From: Antedon mediterranea
Lineage: Eukaryota > Animalia > Echinodermata
Direction of reading: 5' to 3'
Assembly (NCBI RefSeq): GCF_964355755.1
Contig: NC_092670.1
Location: 6,500,201-6,564,200, forward strand
Length of the DNA: 64,000 nt
Part shown: positions 14,600 to 29,200 of the stretch, piece by piece
Numbering within the stretch: position 1 is the stretch's first letter
Layout of the letters: every line of letters starts with the position of its first letter
Made by a program: the position numbers and the translations under genes
Notes under the pieces: model-generated
Told to the model about the DNA's origin: nothing
The model's database searches: none
The model's input: only the letters and a program-made list of their open reading frames with translations

Positions 14600-15107
14600 T
14601 TGACAGAAATTACAAATATAAATGTAACATATTGTAAGTTTACACGTCTACAAGCGTCCATGCGTTACCTGGAATACTCACTTTCTCTCTACATGTATTT
14701 CCCCCAACATAAGACAAACTACAAAGGGCGCTATAATTCTCCGTACCTTATTTGCATAATTAATTAATATGCAATAACGCGCGACGAATACAACTAAAAT
14801 TCCATCGAAAATCGATAGGTAATCTCATCAAACCAATTGGATTAAACGGTAAACGGTAAGTTACTTCATGACAATTGTTTCTTCTTCAGAAAAGAATGTC
14901 TATCTGTAACATACTGACTTCTATATAGCCAATTCTGCCAGGATCATCTGACTCAGTTGGTGTGTGATTGGTTCATTGGAAAGAAATGTGCTGCTTTATT
15001 AGTATTATTATTTTAGGCCTGGGGGCGTACTGTATATATATAATTTATTTATTCCCTAATGATCAGCAATTGCTGGATGGATCACCCTCATTAAATATGG
15101 TGTAAAA

Positions 15108-15550
15108 AAAATTTGGATCATGTATTATTCATTTTCTCACCTAGAGGCCAGATAGCCACATAACCGTTACTAAACGTCAAGTGACGAATTTAATTAATTA
15201 AAACTGTTATTTGGGGTATTTTGGAAAAAAAAAATTTATAATAATTTTTGTCTCTCTTTACTGTATTATGTATGTATGTTTAATAATAATATTTTATATC
15301 GGTTATATTCAATGAATGTTCAACTGCATTTGTTTTAAAATTTGGATCATGTATCATTCATTTTCTTTTCAAGTCTCACATAGAGACCAGATAGCCACAT
15401 AATCATTACTAAACTTTAAGTGACGAATTTAATTCTCGTTAAAAATGTTATTTTAGTTAGTAAAGATAAGTTTATTATTATCTATACTATATTATTTATA
15501 GTAGAAAAAGAAATAAATTTACTATAATAATTTTTGTCTCTCTTTACTAC
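15108..15550. repeat. Local duplication of ~150-200 bp
   Basis: aaatttggatcatgta...ccagatagccacataa...aagtgacgaatttaatt...ataataatttttgtctctctttact occurs at ~15108-15262 and ~15338-15548. Confidence 0.7.
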
Positions 15551-15890
15551 GTTTTAAGGGTAGTTGTTTGGGGTATTTACTTAGTGGGTAAACTATTTTG
15601 TGAAAGGTGCTTGTTGTCCTTCCAATTTAGTGAAAACTTCAGACTTGAAGGCTATTAGGACTTTTGTTGGACATGGTGCGAGTGAGTTAGTTTTTGTAAA
15701 GAACCCCTCCCCCTCCCACAAAATCATTCATTCGTTATGGAAAGGTATCAAACATTAATTCTAGATTAAAGTTAAAGATGTTTAAATAATTTTTCCCGTT
15801 TATGCTTGCTTAAATGTTATGTTTTCTGATTTGAATGGCACATTAGATCCGATATCTTTATTCAAACAACTATCTAGTTTCTGGTTGCTA

Positions 15891-15952
15891 AAGGTACGAA
15901 TAAAGGTGACGTCATCGACTTAAGGTACGAATAAAGTTGACGTCATCGACTT
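15891..15952. repeat. 2 x 31 bp tandem repeat, each copy containing a full CRE palindrome TGACGTCA
   Basis: aaggtacgaataaag(g/t)tgacgtcatcgactt twice. Confidence 0.8.
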
Positions 15953-18452
15953 AAGTGGTTGGCGTTGGCGTAGTGTGTAGTGCCAGAGATTTCCAACATT
16001 ACATGGTACGTGGTAATTTACTTTGCAGGCATTGATCAAACAGCTAAATTCCGAACAGGTATGGCTATATTTATTAAACCTCTATTCTACTAATGTATTT
16101 CTACGTTTCATACAAGCACGTAATTATATTGAGTTATTAAATGTTGATAACATTTTTGTTCTGTTAAAATTTACTGTTGTATATGAATTGTATATTAAAT
16201 TATAAACATCTAACATATTGTATAAACATTAACATTAAAACAGAAATTGTATATTTAGATTTATACATTACATTTAGATTATCAAAGTAAAAGATATAAT
16301 ATAGTTATAGCAGCTTTGCATTAAGTATTTGTTATTTATATTTATATAAGAAATTAACTGCAAAATATTACTTCTGAGCCAGTAACTGATCATTATGAGC
16401 ATACCGAGGAAAGGATTTAGGCCATCAGCTGTAGCCTGTATTGTTTCATCCCGTTCCAGTGGAAATGGCACTACATAATTTCACTTGAAACATAATATTG
16501 TAAATAAAATAGGTAAATAAAATATAAAAGTTCTTTTTACGATAATAATAATTATTGTAGTAAATCACTAATCACTTTTTGTTTTAATGAAGAAGATCCC
16601 TTGTTTAGTTAAAATTTGAATTTCTTGCATGGTTAAGAAGGTCCCCTTTTTTCTTATATTAAGACTTCTTTTGTTCTTGTTCCATTGTTTTCATCCACCT
16701 GTACAAAATATGCATAGCCAAGTACTCTAGGTTAGCAAGGCCTGTCTGGGAGAGTAGTACTGTATAAGGAAGGAGCTCAGCTTGTTATATATACCAGGGA
16801 AGAGTTAATCCGTGGATACCTTGTTAAATACTACTGTAGGCCTACCTTGTTGAATAATACCTTTTTGAATAATACCTTGTTGAATAATACCTTGTTGGAT
16901 GCTTATATACAAAGCCAGCAATGCAAGTTTATTGTATTGTTATCATTATTTTAGTTGTACATACCGTAGGCGTATCCCTTATTGTTTATACTGTTGATAT
17001 GTATTTGCTGTTTTGTTTACTAGGAATGTTCCTATTTTGATTTCATATATAGTAATTTAAACTATCTTTTCGTCATATCGCCTACGTCATAGAGAAATGC
17101 AGTTGCACGCGATTTAGACATAGCTTTGTCAAAATATATTTTGACAAAGTATTTTTTTATATTAGCTGGCGATTGTAACTACATGTAAACTGTTGGTGTG
17201 TTTCTACATTAGCTGGTTTTTTTTTTACCACATTAGCGGTGGATTGTTAACGGTTGTTTCGACATTAGCGGTTGTAACGTATTTTTGTTTCCATACTTTT
17301 ACAATGAAATTCCATAAGTAATAAAGCCAATATTTTACTCTACCAATTAGTGACGATGATTCGCTGTTGGTATGGAATGAAATAAAAATAAATAAATGAA
17401 TGCGATTACAGTAGTTTTGGTTAATTATAAATTGTGTTAGTAAGATCGACCAATGAATAAGTTTTACAAGCTTCTATATAATTTATGCTTAAGTCTGACA
17501 TAGGCTAGCACAATGGAAAAACTTTGGGAAAGATCTCAGCCTTAGATACCTACCTCATCTATCTTGGATGTACCGCGAAACGTAGATTTGATAACATTAA
17601 TTCTCACTATTACGATATTGTTCAATTTTTTACTTTTGCAATGACAAAATTTAGCGTTTCCGATCGAATATTCTGGATATCACATGGTTATTTTTATATA
17701 GGCCTACTCGCGCGGTACACTTGGCTTCCGGGTTCCCTGACTTTCGGTAAAATGGTCGTTGGTGGCGACATTCAATATTTTTAATCCTCGATATGTTCGG
17801 AAAATAAGGATATAGGCACAATGAATATCTCATTGCGGGGCTGAAATGACTGGCTTTTACTTTACGTGCTAATTACAATTTGATGTTAGTGATTCAACTA
17901 ATTATTTATTTAAATTATTTAAGGCCGTTACTTTTTACGAACTACTATGTGCTTTTAGTGATTAAACTAATTATAATTGTTAATTGTGACATCCTTTAAC
18001 AAGGCCATATACATGGCTGCAGTCACGTGGTCAAGTTAGTATTTTACCGACCAACCGACCGACCAACCAACCGACCGACATAGTAAACTGTAGAATGTAG
18101 AGAAAATGGCACAAACAATGGCATGCTTCCATACATCAGGAAATCATTCGGTAGAAATAGTTAAATCAAATATTTTTTTTTAATGGAACATAAATGGGAG
18201 CTTTGTGTAAATATAACTTGCTAATATGAACTGCATCAGACAGCTACCGATGAGAGATTGTCCAAGGGATACTCAGGAAGATCAAAAGCATCAGAGTTAT
18301 ACGTCTGGAAAGAATCTTTATAAAATGAATTAAAATAAGTACCAACATCACTAGCTGTATTCAGAGGCGTATAAACATGGTCATTATAACTTTGTATATG
18401 CTTCCAAGAAGCCCTGATCCACGCCCAGAATCTTTTAGGATTAATGGTAATA

Positions 18453-18778
18453 GGGAGTGAGTGGCCGAGCGGTTAAGACAGTGGAACCGTAATTACGTAG
18501 CCATAACATCGGCAGGGGTTCGAGGCTCACTCACTCCATGGTTCTGGTGGTAGAACGAGTCTTCTCGGATAAGGACTATAAACCGTAGGTCCAGTGTACA
18601 CATCTAGCTCGTGTGCACTTTAAAGATCCTAGTACATCTTTCGAGACGAGTAGGGGGTTACCCCGGTGTATTAGTACATTACAGCCACTGATCACCAACT
18701 GGGCCCTCTGGGAGACCAGTCTTTGACTGAAGAGGTTACCCAGTATAAATATATATTCAATCAATTCAATCAATCAAT
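18453..18778 (+). mobile_element. tRNA-headed SINE with Deu/Nin-type core, copy 2
   Basis: A-box tggccgagcgg, B-box ggttcgaggct, core ggataaggactataaaccgtaggtcc...gtgcactttaaagatcc...ttaccccggtg, (caat)n tail. Confidence 0.78.
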
Positions 18779-19059
18779 ATCGTTGGACAAAGCTCTGATT
18801 ACAAAGCTTTTGAAACTTGTTCTGGCCAACCTGAAATTGTCCACAACAATCCTAGTATTTAATTCTAAATACTTTCTACTTACTACTTACTACTTATGAG
18901 CATTATCTGTCATGTCAAGCATGTTCCAGGGAATATAATTGAGAATATTTACAATATCATTATAATTGAGTATTACAAAATTATATAAAATTCTATTATT
19001 ACTATTTATAAAAAAAAACTGAAATAGATTCATGGTCAGATTTAAACCACTTTATCTTC

Positions 19060-19420
19060 TTCTTAACGTTTTCCGTCTTCCGACATTACGCTTTTCTCAA
19101 TTTGTTTCCATTTTTGTCTGTTTATGGCAGGATGGTGTGTTATTGTGTTAGTGTCTACATGTCCTTGTAAGTCTTTATTTGATTCATCAAGTTATTTCTG
19201 GGTCTTCCTACGGGTCGTTTTACTTTCCTGTTAGTTTCCTTCATTGTTTGTTTGATTGGGGTATCATCCGGTAATCTAATTATGTGTCCATACCATTTTA
19301 GTCTCCTTCGTTTAATTCTTTTACTCCATTCTTCTTGTTTTGTTATCTCGTATATTTACATGTTACACACTCTATCTGTTAATTTAATATTTATTATCTT
19401 TCGCAACATTTTCCTGTGAT
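19060..19420 (-). mobile_element. Decayed RTE-clade LINE 3' fragment
   Basis: Reverse strand translates to RRRLKWYGHIIRLPDDTP...KRPVGRPR, the characteristic RTE ORF C-terminus. Confidence 0.65.
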
Positions 19421-20211
19421 ATATATCTATACTATAAACCAGTTTAATCCAGTAGTAAAACTTTATGAGCCCAACAATTGTATTAAATAATCTCAAAATC
19501 TAATATTTTATTGTTGCACTGGATCGAATGATTGCACTTATAGAGACAGTTACTATTTAGAACGGTATCAATAAATAGCTAATTCATATTGCCTATATTA
19601 TCATTAAAATATGGTTGTTTGCATGTCAAAAGAAGCCCAACTGATTCCTGTAATATTAATAATAATAATAATATTTGCATAATAATTTTGTAGGTCTACA
19701 AAAATATGTATTCTGTGCAGATCAACGTTGTTTAAAAAAAAAATACTTGATTAATTCTCGGAAATCTAGTTTATTGGGCTACGACTAGAAATTGAGTAAT
19801 TGTTCATCATACCTAATAATAGTTTTTTAATATTTCTATAGCATTCCACTTCTGAATTGTCCTTTAGTATTGGAATGTAATGCATGACTTCTTTGACCGT
19901 TGAATAAAAGTTCTACTTTATACTTTAACAAAAGCATATTGTAATGAATCAAAACTAGATGTAGGCTTAAAGTTCATACCTAACTATTACTTAAATTTAC
20001 CATTTCCTGCAACAGCAACAGCAACACGTACCTAGGCCCTACGTTTACGTTAAAACAGTTGCACATTGTTTTGAAGATAAATTGCAAAATGTTTATTCTT
20101 TGTAGTGCAAAAACATGTTGATTGTTTTCGAACATCTAAGTTTGCCTTAAGCTGAATCTATCGCCTAATCTTGCATTGTTTGGAGCGTACAAATATTGTT
20201 TTAGATCAATA

Positions 20212-20269
20212 ATGTCACCATTATTTTTAACTGTGTTATTTGGATTTGTTAATCTTGTCAATTCACAAA
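20212..20269 (+). CDS. Signal-peptide exon of the HYR gene
   Basis: ttag acceptor ending 20204, ATG 20212, [19 protein letters not shown], phase-1 donor gtgagt at 20270. Confidence 0.75.
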
Positions 20270-23200
20270 GTGAGTATATTTTTCCTTGTTAGCTTCTACA
20301 CCCGACACTGGTACTGTATTATGTCTACAGACAATAAACTGCGGAAATCTGCAATTTCTATCCTGACTATAACAGGTGGTAGTTGTTAGGGCACCTGTAA
20401 CGCTTGTAACCCGTGTCAATTTCTAGAGAATAATAATAAAATAAATCAATGTTGTTGTCAGTATAACTTACTAAATCATTAAAGGTCTCCCAAAAACATG
20501 AACAAGTTTGCAGTTTTAATAAATTTAATCACTTGCGTAGATAAAAATTCGAAAAAAGTGATTAACTAAGTGGCAACAAATCTGGCTATTTTTTGGTTTA
20601 AATTTCAGTCTTCAGGTAAATATTTTTCCATCAAATATATTAGGCCTATGTGACATTACAATTCCATATTTAACAATACAAAACATTTTTTCAGAAGGAT
20701 AAAATATCCGTATTAAATAAATTATACAATAAACCTCCACTTTACAGTTGAAATATGTAAATCTATAGTTTAAGCGGTTGTATCACCAGCAAAATACATG
20801 TGCAGAATAGTCGGGAGATTTTATTGCTCAAATTGAGTTCCTGAAAGATTTTGAATCCTTAGAACTAGTAGAATTCATTACTCTTACTCTTTACTTACTT
20901 TAATTTAAGCACTATACTACAGTATTATCCAATATAACAACTCTTAACAATAAAGCAACACATAAGCCATTCTTTGTAATACCTATTCATGGAATTCAAT
21001 CAAAAGGTACTGTAGGAGTCTTGTTACTGACGATTAATCATATTTGATACAGTTATTGGCTGCCGATAAAGTATATATAATTTTGTATGAATGAGTGACA
21101 AGTAACAACAAAGAAACTCATCTGTATTTTACATGTGAGCGTGGGTCTGACTGAATGAATGGTACTGACTTGTGCTGACTTTTATTTGAATTATTAAACA
21201 ATGCATTTTGTTTAAATTATTAAACAATGCATTTTGTTTAAATTGTTAAACAATGCATTTTTTTAAATCAAACTATGTTTCTAATGATATACTGTACTTT
21301 GGGTGACTTGGGTCGCTTTTGGATGCTCAATTATGTTATCATCATCTACATGCACGTCCACTATTGGACTTGATTTGAAATAAAATCAGGGGTGTGTTAA
21401 AGCGGGTGTAACATTAGATGCATTGCCTCACATTTAATGGTGGCAACCCTTAAAAGGCGCTACATAATTTCCCCCGATTGATAGTGGTAGTGCATTTTTT
21501 ACGTAAACAGTATGTTTCTAATGGAAATGCTTCATGGAGTGCCTTCAGTTTTAATGTCCTAAATTTGATTTTGCCAAGCATTCGAGATATTATCATTTTA
21601 ACATTCAATTGAGAGTACTACTAGTAATACTAGGCCAATATATTAAATACAATTGTGTATTATAATTACAACTACAGACAATTTTTCCTATGTAAGAGCC
21701 ATGTTTTATTGGAATAAAACGTGTGCACTTGAATTGAATTAAAATTGTATATAATTATTATAATTGTGAATAACTAGATGGTACGCGAGCGAAGCGAGCG
21801 TACCATCTAGGTCGTGCCCACAGATGGTTCTCGAATACATAATATTAATTTCAGCGTTAAAAAACTGACGATTTCAAATGTACAATAATGCAGGACAATA
21901 AGACACTGTGATTTATGTACTCAACTAAAATTATCACCCTGGGAATTACTTCCGAAAGGGAAACTTGTCGCAAAATGAGACCAATTGTTTAAGTCAAATT
22001 TAAACAAACTTAATTTGTGTTTTGTATGTAACATTATGGTTCAGGGATGTTGATATTGGAATATACGGTAGTTAAACAAACAATACTCAATTACGTTACC
22101 ATCTCCATGCATGTCTACGACTTGATTTGAAATAAATTCACGATTGATTTTGCCAAGCATTCGAAATATTATATCATTTCAATTGAGAGTATATATTTGA
22201 TATACTAAATAATACAATTGTGTATTATAATTACAACTACAGAAAATTCATTTTTCCTGTGTAAGAGCCATGTTTCTTTTTTAATGAATCGTGTGCACTT
22301 GAATTGAATTAAAATTGTATATAGTTGTTATAATAATATAATTGTAATGCTTACACATTTTAGTATATTTTGCAATGTATTTATGTGGAGACATTTTTCT
22401 ATTAGAACCAGTCCATGATTTACCTTCTTCTGTCTTCTTTTGTGTATCTTATTAAAATGTTAGGATGGTCCCTGAAAATCATCTAATTGTTTAGAAGGCT
22501 TATTACAAATAGGCAAACCATTAATACATTATTTCACCCAACCACACCTTATTTTAAATAATACTACGTCAATAAATTACACACACTCTTCTCTCCAAAT
22601 GTCTGGTTTTCATTATGAGTAGGAAACAATTTAGAGATTTGAAACTGTTAATTTTTAATTGGTCAATATTTATAAAATGATACAAATATCTCTTTTAAAC
22701 GTAGCATCATGGATGCCAACAACTATTACACCAGATACAACACCATCGACTACAGAGATGTCATCAATTACACCAGGTATATCACCAAGTGATTATTGTT
22801 TTTTCCTTATTAATAGCTTCAATAATCTATCCTAGTAGCAAATTATAGTATATATACAGTAGTTAGTAGCAAATTATAGTATATATACAGTAGTTATTTC
22901 ATTGTGTTTTCATCATTTTGGTTGCCATTTAATAACGGTTTTAAAAATTAAAATTGCATCTAAACGTTGAGATTCATTTAATATTTTTGATTTTATTTAT
23001 GTTCTTAGGTGGTCCATGTGATACTGATCTTGTGCTTACAGAGTGGCAACGTAGTATTCTATATGACCTTGGGTCTGAGTCTCCAATATCTGATGATTTT
23101 ATAATAGATGGCTGGTACAAGCTGAGAAATGAGGGTGATAGGATTGATATTAGAATGCCAACCTCAACACCAGGAAGTTTTAAATGTGGAACTTTATTCC

Positions 23201-26200
23201 CAGTTTGGATTGATGGTTTGTTAACTGACTTTCAAATATTGTTATCCATAACAAACTAAATAAAGATGTAGGCCTATAACTATGTGAAGCACATTTGAGT
23301 ATGTATTAGTATTTATTAAAGAGCGCTATATAAATATAGTAAAATAAATGACAATAATGATTCTTTTATTGAATCAATTCTATAGATACATATCCAGAAC
23401 TTGGAGATCCAATCAAAAGTGTTACTGGCTGCATAGATGTCAATGGAGATCCGTGTGCCCTCACTGTTCCAATTTCCCTTCTTGCTTGTTCAACTGTAAA
23501 CAATGATCTATATTTTGTTCATTATTTCGTTGACACTCCTGGAACCTTAATTGGATATTGTACAGGTAAGAATATATTCATCTGGTTCTGAATATAATTA
23601 ACTGGAAGATTATTGTTTTTTGTTGAACCAAATACATAGACAGTTGTTATAAATATTACGTTTCGTTACTGTCACCTTCTTTAAACTACAGTTTCAAATC
23701 GTATATTAGAAAAGAGATGGAAATATAATCAATATTTTAAAACTACGTTATTTATCACATATTTAATTTGGGAAATGAGAGCCATAGGCTACGATATTAT
23801 GACTAATTTACGTATAGTGCACATTGAAGTTCGTTACGTTTAACCTGCATTTTGTTTACTTTGTACAACACCAGAAATGCTTTATTTTATACTCATCAGC
23901 AGAATATTATATAGTATACACACTACTAATTTGAAACTAGAATTTAATTCGTCACTTTGACGATTTACTGGTGATAATTGTGATAAAAGATAAATTTACC
24001 GACATTATTTAAAAAAACCCACGCAAACGCAACATGCACGTACGTTAATATACGAGCGCAAACAGTTGATGTATGCCATTCTATGACCTGATGCATACGC
24101 TTATTATAGTGCTGAGTTTTGCCTATTATGTGTCATATAGAATAATATATACAGTATATTATAATGCAGTGTAGCATAGGTGAAATTACGGGGCCCACAT
24201 GTTATTAAATGAACATTTCCATTTTCAGATTCTCTTTTACCTTGTGAAACTAACGTGACGTCATCACTTGAGTTCCCACCATGTGGTAAGTTCTACATAC
24301 CCTTTGATAACAGCAACAAAGAAAAATATTGAACAAAAATAGTAAAGCACCTGGCAATGATGATATTAACCAGTATATTATTAAACAACTTATCCTTTTC
24401 ATTTCTGAACCCCTCTGCTACATTTTCAATCTACCGCACTTCTTCAATTAACAAATGAAATTGTCGGGGCTTTCGAGAGGGGTGAATTTGCCAGTGGTAT
24501 TTTCATTGATCTCTCGAAGGCCTTTGATACATTTGATCACGATATTTTATTATATAAGTTACATAATTATGGCCCTGTATATAATTTATTCAAAAGCTAC
24601 CTTTCAAACCGCAAGCAATGCACTAAATTTAAACACACCGTTTCTGATTTTCTTCCTATTATTTGTGGAGTCCCTCAAGGTTCCCTGCTTGGGCCTCTAT
24701 TATTTTTATTATACATAAATGATATCTATAATGCCTCGAATATGTTTTCGTTTCTCTTGTATGCTGATGACACAACCGTAATTTACACTGATAAAAATGT
24801 AGATTCCCTTTTTAAAATATCAACTGAAAATCTACCCAAAATGTTAACATCATTTTTTGCAAACAAACTGTCTGTTAATCTAAAGAAGTGCTGTTGTATG
24901 GTGTTCAAAAATTCACAAATACCACTAAATACCAGTACTTTCAAATTAAAAATGAAAGATCAATTAATACCTATTGTTGAGAAAACTAAATTTCTTTGTG
25001 TTTATCTGGACAGTAAACTAAATTGGAAACATCAGATTACTGAAGTCGAAAACAAAATATCCAAAAGTTCTGGTATCATATATAGATTATTATATTTCAT
25101 CCCTCAAAACATACTCCGCATTCTTTACTGTTCATTAATCCTCTCTTACCTTACTTATTGTAATATTATTTGGGGCAATATCTACCCGTCCTACTTAAAC
25201 AAACTGATCCAAAAGAAAACCGTAAGATACATAGCAAATGCTCCTCCGTATCCCATTCCAATCCTTTATTTTCTTCATTTGGTCTTCTTAAAATGCAGGA
25301 TATTAACCATCTTCAACAAAGTGTTTTTCTTTATTCATGGCTAAACTCGATCCTGCCATCACACTTGATTTATTTAGTTTCAATCTTAATTTTCATAACC
25401 ACAAAACTCGGAGCGCAAATCAAATACGTATTCCTTTTTTTAAAACTACTTCTTTTAAACATACTGTAGCATTAAGTTCACTGGTCCTAAACTCTGGAAT
25501 AGCGTACCAGTTCCTATAAAAAGTGCTTTGTCTAAGAAGAGTTTTTCTTTTAAATTGAAACGACACCTTTTATCCAGTTATGTGTAATTATCCTTTCACT
25601 CATTGTAGTTTTTATATTTAGTTTTTTTCGGTACCCGGAAACTAAAAGTCTTCATTACTGTTTTTGTCTTGTTTCCGGTTCCCGCGTTGTCCTGTTTTCT
25701 TTTTCAGGTTTTATGGGATGCCTTATACAAGCTTCGCTTTTTTGGAATGTTGCCCCTCTTATTTTAATCATATTTACTGTTAATTTTTATATTCTATGAA
25801 AGAGAAGAAGATAAATAAGTGTTACTTTGATTGATTGATTGATTGATTGAGTATCGTGATCTTTGTTTTTCCAACATTACATCCAAATTATCTATACCGG
25901 TAGTTTACAAATATTAATGTATAACATGGTTATAAATATACTGTAATTATGATTCATAATTTGTCTTTCATATTCATTTCTTTTATTCTCAGCATAATAT
26001 AACAAATGGTAACATAATAACAAATTGTATTGTGGTTTTTTGTACACAATGCAAAAAAACATGTTTTCAGTAAGTCATTCAAGTCATTCTTTAAAAGTCA
26101 TTCCGTTTAACAAATTGTTCACAACTCTCTTTATATCAAGATCAATTAAATTGAAATACGAATAATCATTACTTAAGCATAGTGACATGTACTTTTGAGT

Positions 26201-29200
26201 ACAGATATTGAGGCTCCATTTTTTTATAGTAACTTTATCGTTGGTTGATTTTGACATATTATTCTTAGTCATTTCTATGCGCTAGTTATTAACTATCACC
26301 AAAAATTTTTCGAAAAAACAAAAATTTAACTGAAATACAGACGTTTTTTTGTTAAAAAAATAACTTTGACTTCCAGTCAAAGTTTTCAATCAAAACATAT
26401 CCCATAATGAAACGCGCTTGTTTGGCTACTCTGTATGCATAATCATAAAACTTCCCCATGATCTGTGTGAAAATACCTTCTTAACCGTGACGAGTTGTAA
26501 ACAATCATAATTTTAGCATATGCATAATGCGTACTCATGGTTTGAAATCTTTGTTTACTTTCGCTCGTGACGATTTTTCAGATGAAATGTAATCAAACTA
26601 ATTTACCTGTTAATTACGTAAACTTGTTGTTTTTGGCTCAAATTTTCGACTTAAAGTGAATAACTTTAATATTACTTTGATATGGCCACTTTAAATTTAG
26701 AATATTTTGGCCTTCATTTTTTTGTGTTTCAAGGGACAATACATCTTTAATAATGTATTCATAGAATAGAATATACTCATATTTCATAATAACTAAGACT
26801 AGAATACACATTGTTGTCTCAGTTATTAATGAGGACAGTTTTGAACGGTGTTCTTAGAAATTGGAACAATCCAACAACGATATCTCGAATGACTATCCAT
26901 ATATTATTATCAACATTGTTTAGATCAAGAATCTCCAGATATTTTCAATTGCCCAATGGATATGATTGTTTACACAACAACTGGTGAGGCATTTGCAATC
27001 AATGTTACATGGATGGAACCGACAGCTACTGATAACTCTGGAGAGACCCTTATACCAGTAGCAGACTGCACTTCTGGTGATAATATGTTTGTAATTGGTG
27101 ACACAACAGTTCAGTACAATGTCTCAGATTCAGCTGGTAACTTTAATGATAGCTGTAGTTTTGTTGTCACCGTTGAAGGTAAGTGAATGTACTTTCTGGA
27201 AGGAAATTATTACCCATTCAGTCACATGACTTTTATAAGTTCGTTGTTAATATAATCCTTGAAGTACTACTTTTTGGCAGACTTTCTGGCAACATGCCTT
27301 TATGTTATTAACATAACAATTATTCTATATATATATTATATATATTTCTTGTCAAATGTGATCTAGTTTTACCTTTCAAAGGAGAAGCAGGATGTACAAT
27401 AATTTAAAACTCAGTAAATTAGCATTAAAAAGGTAAAACAGTAGATCCCCTATTAAAAGACGCTAAAGACAAATTATGCTGTGTTAATATGAATCTAGGG
27501 TGCGCATCAGAAAGTGACAACGTGCATGAGAGGGACATTGAAGGGACGTTGAACTCTGCCTGTCAATCTGTCGGCAGTTTATAAATATTTTAATGATAAA
27601 TGAATTGGTAATTCATAGAATTATTAAGATGTGAAGTATAGTAAAACTACAGCTAATTACGGACTTGAAATCAACACAAAAAGTGCACATGGTAATCGAA
27701 AACACTTTTAATTCAGAGAGCGCGCGTTGAGCAAATGAAACATATTTTCGCGGGCCGGCATGGTTTATATATCCGGCCATGGCGGTACACAACAGATAAG
27801 GTTGCATAGTTAATACGTGACGTAACAACAACAACAACAATTCTGGAAAGTGATATATCCTATCCTATCCCATCATGGAAGATTAGTGTGCCAAATGTGA
27901 GCACGTACCATTCAGATGTTTCGGATGAAATGCGTACGCGACAAATTTAGTAGCATTAATATATAGAGTATTTAGTTTCTTTGTACTACATACATACTTT
28001 CTGTTTTTGTCTTATTTTCTTTTTAGAGCAGCCTAACATACTTTAAAATGTGTTTTTATATTAGATAATGAACGCCCAATTATTGACTGCCCAACAAATG
28101 TTACTTCAAACAATTACAACCAAACAAGGTTTGGTTTAATAGTTATTAGCAAGGATGAAGGAAATTCACTTGCCACGGTGACCTGGAACCCTCCTGTGAC
28201 AAGTGACAATAGCAATGGAATAGTGACTGTAGTGTCATCACCTTATGAATCAGGTGACATAATACCAAGTGGTGTTCACACAATCACCTTTACAGCAACT
28301 GACCCTACTGGAAATAGTGAGAACTGTGATTTAAGTTTCCGGGTCCAAGGTACAAGGTTTTCAAGAATTTAGTAAATGTAATAATAATAATAATAATTCA
28401 ACATTTATTAGTTTCTATCAATGGTAAAGCAATACAATAAAAAGAGTGGTAATTTATAATGAGACAATACAAAAATACCATTAATAGAGGATCTTGCAAG
28501 AAGAGATTTCTTGTCACGCAAGACCCATAAACAAAAATTAAAAAAATACATTTGTATATAATTATATATAAAATAAAAAGTCATGACAAAGTTTGAAGGT
28601 CTAGTTTGAGTACAATGATAATAAATGTTTTTTACTGTATTTTACAGGAGATTTCATGTTTGTGGCCAACCGTTTTCCTCCAGGAATTTATATGTCAAGT
28701 ATAGGTTCCGGTGATGCCACAGCTTTAACCTTTACTCCAGCAATTCAAAATGTTCAACTAACCAGACCAGTGGCTATTGATTATGATGTCACCACCTCAG
28801 CGCTATACTGGTCTGACATCGGCACGTCTTCAATTGAATATTATTCATTTGTCACAAAACAACACAACGTTTTAGTTTCTTTTGAAACCGGAGGTAAGAG
28901 CAAATTATTATTTTCTATCTAGTAGGATAATTCATTTATAGTGTGGATTCCTTAAAAAAATAGGGTTCCTTACCTAGTTATAATTGGTTAAACTTTAGTT
29001 ATTAGGCTAAAATAGCACAATCAACACATTTATGATTTTGGCCTACTTGTGACCATCAGCAAATTTACAATTGTTATATGATACAGTCTGTTGATTTTGA
29101 TCTTATATTTTTGCTAAAATATTTCCCTAAACTACTCACTACAACGCATAGGCCTGGACGTCTTTGTGTACATCTTCTTTAGTTGTAATAATACAAAACA

